A program made the position numbers and the translations under genes. A stretch of DNA of 64,000 bases. It comes from Candidatus Dojkabacteria bacterium. Its GTDB lineage: Bacteria > Patescibacteriota > Dojkabacteria > SC72 > JAFGCJ01. Of the stretch, positions 34,233 through 42,173 are shown in pieces (within the stretch, counting starts at the first letter, position 1; each line of letters starts with the position of its first letter). The stretch lies in assembly GCA_016932785.1 (NCBI GenBank), contig JAFGCJ010000003.1, positions 104,971 to 168,970 on the forward strand. The letters are read 5' to 3'. Below the pieces are notes generated by a model. It saw nothing but the letters and a program-made list of their open reading frames with translations, searched no databases and was not told where the DNA came from.

Positions 34233-35009
34233 TTGGAGTTGTATAAATATTCACAAAACAACCTGAAAGACAAAAACCTTGTACGAACGTTAGTCTCTGA
34301 ATCGTCCATATCTTCAGAGGATATCGTGCTTGATATCGGTGCTGGTGACGGCATTATTACCCAGGAGCTTGTGAAGGTCTGCAAAAAAGTCATTGCAATA
34401 GAGATAGACCCCATCCTCTGTAAGAAGCTGAGAAAAAAGTTTCGTCAATATGATAACGTCAGAATTGTTGAGACCGACTTTCTGGGCTACAAATTGCCAG
34501 AGCGCCTCTTTAAAGTTTTCTCAAATATCCCCTACTTTATCACCTCAGATATTGTTAGAAAGCTTACAGGTGAAGGATCGAAGATGACCGAGGCTTATGT
34601 CGTTATGCAGAAAGAAGCTGCAGATAAATTTTGCGGTAAACCAAAAGAATGCTTGTTCTCGATATTGATAAAGCCATTTTATGAGTTGAGACAGACTTAC
34701 GATTTCAAGAAGACAGACTTTTATCCAGTTCCGTCCGTTGAAAGTGTTCTAGTCAGAATAAGTAGGAGAAATAGCCCTCTGATTAATTTTGACGAAATAG
34801 ATAACTTTAGACAGTTTATTGGGTTTTGTTTCAAGAGAACTTTTGGTCCTCTTAGAAAAAGCCTTAAAAAGTTTCTTACCTATAATCAGATCAAGAAACT
34901 GTATGATTACCATGGAATAAAGAGAGATGCCATTCCCACAGATCTTACTATTGAGCAATGGCTTGGTTTATTTAGATTCTGGAGGAGTGTGGAATGCAAC
35001 GGCAGTTAA
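34233..35009 (+). CDS. Erm-like 23S rRNA (adenine-N6)-methyltransferase
   Basis: Collinear with ErmC-type proteins: YSQNNL, DIGAGDGIIT, AIEIDPILC, FSNIPYFITSDIVRKL (Asp where KsgA has Pro), PVPSVESVLVRISRR and C-terminal LTIEQWLGLF. TTG start. Confidence 0.75.
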   Translation: MELYKYSQNNLKDKNLVRTLVSESSISSEDIVLDIGAGDGIITQELVKVCKKVIAIEIDPILCKKLRKKFRQYDNVRIVETDFLGYKLPERLFKVFSNIPYFITSDIVRKLTGEGSKMTEAYVVMQKEAADKFCGKPKECLFSILIKPFYELRQTYDFKKTDFYPVPSVESVLVRISRRNSPLINFDEIDNFRQFIGFCFKRTFGPLRKSLKKFLTYNQIKKLYDYHGIKRDAIPTDLTIEQWLGLFRFWRSVECNGS

Positions 35010-35478
35010 TTATTCTGGGTTCTCCATCATTAAATTCCAGCAGTATATCGGACTCAAGGTCATTAATAACTGCATCAAAATCGATCTCGTATTGTCTTAG
35101 CGAGTAAGGTATACTTCTCGGCCGCTCGACACAGCTATTGACAACTGTTACAGAAACGAAATCTCTATCTCCGGTTCCCGGATCACCTGGCCAGTATTCT
35201 CCAGTTTCGTCAAAGACAGGTTCGAAATTCATATACTCCCAATGAGTTCCGGTTCTTGTTGCATTTGTGAATATTCCGCGAATTATTGCAAAAGTGATGC
35301 CTTTTATAATGATCGTACCAAGAAATCTTGTTGCATGTCTGCATTCATCTTTGGTAACGGGTCTGCTATCAGAAACGAGATTGAATTTGCGGTCCCATTC
35401 CTTTACTACGCCAACGTCTGTATATCTAGGAGGGAGAGGTTTCTTGCTTTCAAATTCTTCTTTATTGATTTCGTACAT
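34972..35478 (-). CDS. Hypothetical protein (orphan)
   Basis: 168-aa ORF. Its 3' end overlaps the erm-like 3' end convergently by 38 nt. Confidence 0.45.
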   Translation of the reverse strand: MYEINKEEFESKKPLPPRYTDVGVVKEWDRKFNLVSDSRPVTKDECRHATRFLGTIIIKGITFAIIRGIFTNATRTGTHWEYMNFEPVFDETGEYWPGDPGTGDRDFVSVTVVNSCVERPRSIPYSLRQYEIDFDAVINDLESDILLEFNDGEPRIINCRCIPHSSRI

Positions 35479-35703
35479 CTCTATGAAGATGAATTTATTG
35501 TAGCGAACGATTTTTAGTATTTTTGTGCATCTTTTGTATATTATAGGGTATCTGTGAGTAGGTTTTCAATAGTTTGTTTTTTCAGAGGTTTTGGTTGGTA
35601 GGTATTTAGTTTGATTTTTCTAGAGGTAATTTAATGTTTTGGGATATAGCTTTACAGCAGTAGTATAATAGTATTATGCCAAATAAATTTTCACCGGAAA
35701 CAA

Positions 35704-36444
35704 ATGGAACTCAAAGGTAAAATAGCCCTTGTAACCGGAGCCTCAAAAGGTATCGGGAAGGCAACAGCAGAATTACTTGGAAACTCAGGATGCAACGTTA
35801 TTGTTAATTATGCCAGTGATCAAAATGGTGCTGACGAAGTCGTTTCGGTATTGGAAGAGCTTGGTGTTCAGGCAGTTGCAATACAAGCAGACATCAGCAA
35901 CAAGTCCGATGTGGAATCTATGTTCTCGGAAATTAAGAAGCAATTTGGAACACTGGATGTACTTATTAACAATGCCGGTATATTTGACATGAACGATAGT
36001 CCCGAAAGCTTGGAAGCCTTCGAGAATGTTTTTAAAGTAAATTTCCTGGCCCAAGTTATGGTGACTAATGAAGCTGTAAAGCTTATGAAAACGGGAAAAA
36101 TCGTCTTTCTTTCGTCAGTACATGGCATGATTGGTCACGGCAGACCTGATGCTATTGCCTACTCTGCCATGAAAGCCGGGCTGGATTCATATATGAAAAA
36201 CCTGGCAAAACATCTTGCCCCCGATATCCTAGTGAACTCAATTTCTCCCGGGAAAACGCTCACTCCTATGTGGGGAGAGATGGATGATAAAACGAAGAAT
36301 GAGATGGCCCAGGATCACTTGACGGAGAGGTGGATTATGCCTGAAGAGATTGCCGATGGCATATTGTTTCTGTTGAAGAATGATTCGGTTTGCGGAGAGA
36401 TTCTTACCGTGGATGGGGGGATGGCGTTGAAGACGTTGGGGTAG
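35704..36444 (+). CDS. Short-chain dehydrogenase/reductase (FabG-like), paralog of 32457-33203
   Basis: TGASKGIGKATA, NNAG and YSAMKAG. Confidence 0.9.
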   Translation: MELKGKIALVTGASKGIGKATAELLGNSGCNVIVNYASDQNGADEVVSVLEELGVQAVAIQADISNKSDVESMFSEIKKQFGTLDVLINNAGIFDMNDSPESLEAFENVFKVNFLAQVMVTNEAVKLMKTGKIVFLSSVHGMIGHGRPDAIAYSAMKAGLDSYMKNLAKHLAPDILVNSISPGKTLTPMWGEMDDKTKNEMAQDHLTERWIMPEEIADGILFLLKNDSVCGEILTVDGGMALKTLG

Positions 36445-36491
36445 CTTCTCATATTGGGTAAGAATGGGGTGCTAGTACTATCGACAATATT

Positions 36492-37151
36492 TTAATACTG
36501 TGAGCAAATACCTTCAATACTTACTTGCTGAAAAAGCATCTTTGGGCAAAGGGTCGTAGATATTTTATGATAATCGCCAGTCTTAAGGTAAGACTGAATC
36601 TTCTTGTAATCATAATCGATTTCAGACCACCACTTTGCTGGACTACCGGTATCCTTAGGTTCTTCTGGAAACGCCTCTGTGATATTTTGCTTAACAATGT
36701 AATGTGCCAGTATTGTACGAGCGACGATACTGCAGGCTAATCGACTGTAAATAACATCAAAAAATGTTAAATCATCAACTGAACGTAACTTTTGTTCTAG
36801 TTTGTTGTGAGCGCCCTGCTCACTAAGGTGTTCTCGTGCAATTGTAATTCCTGGAAAATCATCTAAAAAGAAATAGCCGTGATTAATGAGATGGGTCTCT
36901 GCCGATGATAGGTTTACAGTAATGGGGGGAGCTTCTCCTGCTTCACATAATCTCAGTAATTCTATAAGTTGGTCAAAATGTTCTCTTCTGTTGGGTGCTA
37001 TCCGATAGGTTGGGACATTTTCAAGAATTAGGTCAGAAGTATATTCTAATGCAGCAACTGGATCACATAAGTCAAAAGGAAAGGTTTCTTCTAGGCGATC
37101 GATGTCTGATTCTATACTTAGGTTAAATGTTTTAGCTTCGGCGCTCATCAA
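36492..37151 (-). CDS. Hypothetical protein (orphan)
   Basis: 219-aa ORF with no recognised family. Confidence 0.5.
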   Translation of the reverse strand: MMSAEAKTFNLSIESDIDRLEETFPFDLCDPVAALEYTSDLILENVPTYRIAPNRREHFDQLIELLRLCEAGEAPPITVNLSSAETHLINHGYFFLDDFPGITIAREHLSEQGAHNKLEQKLRSVDDLTFFDVIYSRLACSIVARTILAHYIVKQNITEAFPEEPKDTGSPAKWWSEIDYDYKKIQSYLKTGDYHKISTTLCPKMLFQQVSIEGICSQY

Positions 37152-37445
37152 GATCTTGAAAAATCTTAACTATAGGATAATTGTAACAAAGAGGAAAGTG
37201 AAGTACCACATGTATTTCTTTGAGCAAATTGTAATTTTGTGAGATGATTGTGGTGTAGATTATTATTAAAATTGGAGTGGGTATATGACTCAATACCGGA
37301 ACATGCAAGAGGAAAATTTTTCGAGGATATAGTTCTTCCGTATGCCTTTGAAAGAGATGGGAATTTAAAGAAAAACAGGAGAGTGATTGCAGAATATATT
37401 TCTGAGTTTGTTAATAGGGTTTGGAAATAGGAATTCTGTAAAAAC

Positions 37446-37867
37446 TGGTGGAGACGGGGGGAATCGAACCCCCGTCCAGAAGATTCATTCCGTAACATCA
37501 TTACAAGCGTATCTGATTTAGTATACGACATGCATCGTAAAAATCAGCAAAATAAGATGCAGCGTTGACGATTTAAGTTTCGTAGATTAGGCTCGTCAAG
37601 TTACCTAAGCTATATATCCTGAATGGTTAAAAGCTATGGCGGCTCTATCAGGAAAGAGCCATCCGAGCCTGCAGTCGCTAATTATGCAACTGCCATGTTG
37701 TAAGCAAATCCTTGCTGTAGAGACTGGAAACCAGCCTTTACTGAAGCAACGAATGATTCAACACGTTTTGCAAGTGAGTTGACACTTGTTTTGTGCGTTT
37801 TTACAGAGCTCGCATCTGGCTTGATGCTATGGAAATCACAGTCTTCCGTCGAATCCTGTACATCCCC
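37446..37867 (-). ncRNA. ssrA: tmRNA (ssrA), one-piece, CCA encoded
   Basis: 5' GGGGATGTACAGGATTCGACGG and 3' GGACGGGGGTTCGATTCCCCCCGTCTCCACCA. The acceptor pairs with a G3:U. The tag frame ends ...GFAYNMAVA-TAA (stop at 37684-37682). A TATAAT lies about 10 nt upstream of the 5' end. Confidence 0.9.
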
Positions 37868-37975
37868 AACGCTATTATTATAGCATAAATAAGGGTTTTT
37901 CTCAAGATAGAGACTGTATTTGGTTCGGGGTAAATAGAGGTAGATTTTCTGCCAAAATTTTAGCTTTTATGTACT

Positions 37976-38905
37976 CTATTTCCCCTCAAAATCAGCATAT
38001 GCCTCATTCAAGAATAGTATGAACTCCTCAGTAGCTATCCTGTTCCCCTCCATGCTTGGATGATCGTCGTACTCATCGTCATAGTACTCTAGATAGTTAG
38101 ACTCTCCGTTGGCAGTTAATATGTCGAAGAAATCAAAGACGGCTACGTTGTCGTATTCATAATCTGTAATCCAGTCGTTTTTGAGCCAGTTATTGAATGC
38201 TCGTGCATTGCTCGAGTGCTTACTATCTGAATTATTTCGGCCTAGAGGTGGGGCCGTTACTACGATAAATAATTTATCCTGCTCGGTCTCGAAGTATTTC
38301 AGTAAATCAATGTATATGCCTTTTGCGTTGGCGACAGTGTGATACTCCGAGTCTGCTGATTGGCCGACAAGCGGATTATCAGATATGGACGGAACTGATT
38401 CCGAAGTGCTTCCTCCCAGATAAGAGTTTGGAAAGCATGATTTAAACATCACAATAGTATTTTCTCCACCTGGATCTGAACTTAATCTTGAGTACTGTGA
38501 GTTCTGGCCAGACTCTGCATATAATGCCTGTAGAGGTGTCTGACTTTGCGGACCACGGAACCATTCCCACCAGTTACCAATGTCTGTCCTGTCCCCTATC
38601 GAGTCCGGTCCCCATCCGTAGTTTGTGTCGCTGACAAAATAACCGGCATCACGGAGTTCAATTCCGAGCCTTCCGTTTTCATCTGAGAGCCAGTTCTCAC
38701 CTGTTGAGTGATGGATAAAAACGAGTTTTACAGTTTCTGTACTATTTTCTTCGTTTCTATTTGCGATTGATTGGTTGGGTTTTGAAGTATCATTTGAAGT
38801 TGAGGATGATTTTCCACTGCGTACAAGAGCAATCACAAAAGTGGCAATACCTAGTATCATGAAAAATGTAGTTATCGTAACAACTATCTTCTTTTGGTTT
38901 TCCAT
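37976..38905 (-). CDS. Hypothetical exported protein (N-terminal TM anchor); possible hydrolase fold
   Basis: 309-aa ORF with N-terminal TM KIVVTITTFFMILGIATFVIALV. Motifs FIHHSTGENW and MFKSCFPNS. No secure family assignment. Confidence 0.6.
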   Translation of the reverse strand: MENQKKIVVTITTFFMILGIATFVIALVRSGKSSSTSNDTSKPNQSIANRNEENSTETVKLVFIHHSTGENWLSDENGRLGIELRDAGYFVSDTNYGWGPDSIGDRTDIGNWWEWFRGPQSQTPLQALYAESGQNSQYSRLSSDPGGENTIVMFKSCFPNSYLGGSTSESVPSISDNPLVGQSADSEYHTVANAKGIYIDLLKYFETEQDKLFIVVTAPPLGRNNSDSKHSSNARAFNNWLKNDWITDYEYDNVAVFDFFDILTANGESNYLEYYDDEYDDHPSMEGNRIATEEFILFLNEAYADFEGK

Positions 38906-39012
38906 ATAGCTTAGTACAAAATTATCTTTTATTAGTATACACGAAATGGGGTTGTCTGGAGCAATATCTTAGAGGGTTGTTCTACCTGGAGTAGACATAG
39001 ATACCCCCTCGT

Positions 39013-39053
39013 GGTGTAGGTGTCAGGCATAGGCCATGCCTGGCACCTACACC
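39013..39053. repeat. GC-rich 18-bp inverted repeat (hairpin or operator) in a divergent intergenic region
   Basis: GGTGTAGGTGTCAGGCAT-AGGCC-ATGCCTGGCACCTACACC, with 17 Watson-Crick pairs plus one T/G. No U-tract on either strand. Confidence 0.7.
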
Positions 39054-39092
39054 CTGACATAAATTTCCAAAAGTGATATTCTTATACCAGAC

Positions 39093-39647
39093 ATGCCTAA
39101 GAAACCGCCCAAAAGTTTAAATCTGCTCGAGCCGGCTGCTGCCCCTCAAAGCACGTGGGATAAAATCTACGAATGGGTTTTTAATATCGGAAGATATCTC
39201 ATGGTGGGAGTTGAGATTGTGGTTCTGATCGCCTTTGCAAGTAGGTTTATCCTCGACCGCCAAAATAATGATCTTAAGGAAAGTATTGACGCGAAGGTTA
39301 GTATAATCAAGGCTCAGACAGAGGTTGAGAAAGAGATACGTGGTGTTCAGACGACACTGGACAATATTTCTGTAATTATTAGAAGTCAGGTTTCTGGTGC
39401 CGAAAGGTTTGATAATGTTTTCAGTAACATTCCGGATGAGGTTCAGGTGGATAATCTTGCTATGGATCAGGAATCAGTTAATATGACGTGTAGAGCTCCT
39501 AACTTTGATGCGGTTAAAGAGCTCGAGGATAACTTTAAGCTAGATTCGAATTTTAATGATTTGAACCTTTCTCTTTCCAAGTCAGGACAGGAGGGGTCAC
39601 AGGTTGATTTCTCAGTGACGGTTAAGTTTGCCGGGGTTGGAGAATAA
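39093..39647 (+). CDS. PilN-like type IV pilus assembly protein
   Basis: N-terminal SLNLLEP (compare the PilN INLLP motif), a single TM helix, then a coiled-coil and alpha/beta periplasmic part. Confidence 0.5.
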   Translation: MPKKPPKSLNLLEPAAAPQSTWDKIYEWVFNIGRYLMVGVEIVVLIAFASRFILDRQNNDLKESIDAKVSIIKAQTEVEKEIRGVQTTLDNISVIIRSQVSGAERFDNVFSNIPDEVQVDNLAMDQESVNMTCRAPNFDAVKELEDNFKLDSNFNDLNLSLSKSGQEGSQVDFSVTVKFAGVGE

Positions 39648-39692
39648 ACACGATTTAAAATGAAAGACTTTTAATATTTATTCAAAAAATAA

Positions 39693-40316
39693 GTGGCAGT
39701 AGTATCATATAAAGACACATTACAAAGATTATTGAGATCGCCGAGAAGAAAGACCTACACAATGCTGGGCGCTACCTTGGTAATTATTCTAGTCTTTCTT
39801 CTTGGTGCTATTCGTCCTACCATATCAACGATATCGAAGCTTCGCGGTGAGATTAAAACTCGCCGGAGTGTAAACTCTGCACTGCAGACAAAGATAAACA
39901 ACCTTCAGACCTTGCAGGATATTTATTATGAAAAACAGGATGATCTTGAGTTCATTGATGACTATTATCCGGCGAATTCAGATTATAGTCTGTTGATGGC
40001 TAATCTTGAGAGAATTGCGAACTCATATGATTTTGAAGTTATTCTAATTCATGTTACTTCGGCGGGAGAATCTAATGTGGGTGAGTCAGTCGATTATACC
40101 GGTATGGAAAGAATGGAGATGAGGATGGTTGTAGAAGGTGATAGAAACGATTTGTCAGCGCTCGTTAGGCATATAGAGAATCTCCCCGTAGTTCCAGAAC
40201 TTGCAAGGATTGCTATGTCCCCAACCGGTGCTGAAGGTACTACGTTTGTAAGATGTACGATTGATATGTTCATGTACAAACAGTCCTCTAAGGATGTTAG
40301 CGCAGAGGAAAGTTAG
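39693..40316 (+). CDS. PilO-like type IV pilus assembly protein
   Basis: Short cytoplasmic N-terminus, a single TM helix, a coiled coil (RGEIKTRRSVNSALQTKINNLQTLQD) and a position after the pilN-like gene. Confidence 0.45.
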   Translation: MAVVSYKDTLQRLLRSPRRKTYTMLGATLVIILVFLLGAIRPTISTISKLRGEIKTRRSVNSALQTKINNLQTLQDIYYEKQDDLEFIDDYYPANSDYSLLMANLERIANSYDFEVILIHVTSAGESNVGESVDYTGMERMEMRMVVEGDRNDLSALVRHIENLPVVPELARIAMSPTGAEGTTFVRCTIDMFMYKQSSKDVSAEES

Positions 40317-40359
40317 TTTGTTATTATGTTTTGAGTAATAAATATTTAGGAGACAAAAA

Positions 40360-40578
40360 ATGACCGGAAAATGGATAACCTTGATAACTTTTACTATTGG
40401 TACAGTAATAATATGGATTGGCCTCGAGATTCTATGGGGACTTACGGATACCAGTTTGAAGGAAAATTATACTGCATATGAGACGGCAATCACTCCGTCC
40501 CTAAACCAGGATTCTATTGATGAAATCAAGTATAAGGAAGAGGAATTCATACTCGTGGACCGGGATGACTTAGAGTAA
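40360..40578 (+). CDS. Small single-TM protein, third gene of the pilN/pilO-like unit
   Basis: 72-aa ORF with N-terminal TM WITLITFTIGTVIIWIGLEILWG. Confidence 0.4.
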   Translation: MTGKWITLITFTIGTVIIWIGLEILWGLTDTSLKENYTAYETAITPSLNQDSIDEIKYKEEEFILVDRDDLE

Positions 40579-40637
40579 TACTCTACTCAGAGTATACGTA
40601 TTCGTTTTAGATAACGATCTTGTCTGGAAGATTTTTC

Positions 40638-41753
40638 TTAGCTGTTTTTGAGATAGTCCTTCAGCTGTTTTTCCATTGAAGCAATCTTTAGTTTCTTGAG
40701 AGCCTTTGCTTCGATCTGACGAATTCTTTCTCTGGTGACCCCGAATTCTCTACCGACTTCTTCAAGGGTGCGGGTTACTCCATCCTGAAGCCCGAATCTT
40801 AGTTCAAGAACTCTTTTTTCTCTGTCTTGGAGGCCTGAAAGAATCTGCTGCATTTGGCTTCTAAGAAAAGCGTTGGTAGCTATAGTCTCTGGAGAAGCGG
40901 CCTTTGTGTCCGGAATGATGTCGGATAATTCACTATCCTGCTCTTTGCCGATTTGTGCAGAGAGGGATTTCGGATGTTGAGATATTTTCAGTATTTCGTT
41001 GACTTTTTCTACCTCGATCTTCATAGCATCTGCTATCTCTTCTGGTTTCGGTTTTCTTCCAAGTTTTGTAGCAAGTTGAGCAGATATCTTGCTAAGTTTA
41101 TTTATTGTCTCGTGCATATGGACAGGAATACGTATTGTGCGGGCCTGGTCCGCTATTGATCTGGTGATGGCCTGTCGTATCCACCATGTTGCATATGTCG
41201 AAAACTTGAAACCTCTTTTGTAATCAAATTTCTGTACAGCCCTCATTAGACCGATGTTTCCCTCCTGAATGAGGTCCAGTAACTGAAGTCCCCTGTTTGC
41301 ATATTTTTTTGCTATGCTGACAACAAGACGGAGGTTAGCTGTAACAAGTAGTTGTCCTGCTTCCTTTTCTCCCTTCTCTATTCTCTTGGCAAGAATGACC
41401 TCCTCCTCTGCCGTTAGGAGCGGTGTCTTTCCTATCTCTTGAAGATATGATCTGATGGCATCTGTTGTAATGTTGGACTGAATGGATTTGAGTATTCTAA
41501 TCTTGTGTTCGAGTGTCATCTCCTCTTCGTCAATCTCGTCTCCATCAGTACTTGACTCTTCAAGAACTTCGATCCCGTTGTTTTGAAGTGTTATAAAGAT
41601 TTCGTCTAGTAAATCAAGATGGTTCTCGATATGTGGAAATTCGTACAAAATATCTTCCTGGGTAAGGAAACCCTGCTCCTTCCCTTTCTTGACTAGCTGT
41701 TTGATTGTTTTTTGGATTTTTTCTTTTCTGGCAGAAACTTTGGTCTTTGCCAT
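40638..41753 (-). CDS. rpoD: Primary RNA polymerase sigma factor (sigma-70)
   Basis: Region 2 [27 protein letters not shown] and region 4 [23 protein letters not shown]. Confidence 0.95.
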   Translation of the reverse strand: MAKTKVSARKEKIQKTIKQLVKKGKEQGFLTQEDILYEFPHIENHLDLLDEIFITLQNNGIEVLEESSTDGDEIDEEEMTLEHKIRILKSIQSNITTDAIRSYLQEIGKTPLLTAEEEVILAKRIEKGEKEAGQLLVTANLRLVVSIAKKYANRGLQLLDLIQEGNIGLMRAVQKFDYKRGFKFSTYATWWIRQAITRSIADQARTIRIPVHMHETINKLSKISAQLATKLGRKPKPEEIADAMKIEVEKVNEILKISQHPKSLSAQIGKEQDSELSDIIPDTKAASPETIATNAFLRSQMQQILSGLQDREKRVLELRFGLQDGVTRTLEEVGREFGVTRERIRQIEAKALKKLKIASMEKQLKDYLKNS

Positions 41754-41780
41754 TTAGCACTGTGGTATAATTATTTTATT

Positions 41781-42155
41781 ATGAAACTAAATAATGGTTC
41801 TGGAGATACAGACGAAAGAACAAAGAAACAATTTTTTATTGAGAATATTGCACGCTTTTGTGATAAATGCGGTAAGGCATATGATATAAATGATGTAGAG
41901 ATTCTCCAGCACGATGATTACTCGACGATTATACACTTCTCATGCCAAAATTGTAAAGCCAGACATCTTGCTACATTCATAAAACCGCTGGGTGTCTCGA
42001 GCAGGATGCCTGTCAATACAGACCTGTCAATTAAGGAAATCAAAAAGTTTGCTGGTAAGAAGAGTATTTCGTCAAACGATATAATTGATGTGCACGAGCT
42101 CTTCAAGAATAGCAAATTCTCGATTACTGATCTTCTTGAGGATGGTGAAGAATAG
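41781..42155 (+). CDS. Small zinc-ribbon protein
   Basis: CDKCGKAY...CQNCKARH (two CxxC pairs). The likely start is ATG 41781 (MKLNNGSG) rather than the track start at 41712, which overlaps rpoD. Confidence 0.5.
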   Translation: MKLNNGSGDTDERTKKQFFIENIARFCDKCGKAYDINDVEILQHDDYSTIIHFSCQNCKARHLATFIKPLGVSSRMPVNTDLSIKEIKKFAGKKSISSNDIIDVHELFKNSKFSITDLLEDGEE

Positions 42156-42173
42156 CTTTCGGTAAAGGTTTTT

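Noticed and set aside
37166-37531. 121-aa minus-strand ORF, and the 60-aa plus-strand ORF at 37248-37430.
   Set aside because: The minus-strand ORF overlaps the 3' domain of the tmRNA gene (37446-37867) and translates the tRNA-like part, so it is spurious. The 60-aa plus ORF looks protein-like (…ARGKFFEDIVLPYAFERDGNLKKNRRVIAEYISEFV). It lacks a convincing start or SD, and I recognise no family, so I mention it only in a finding.
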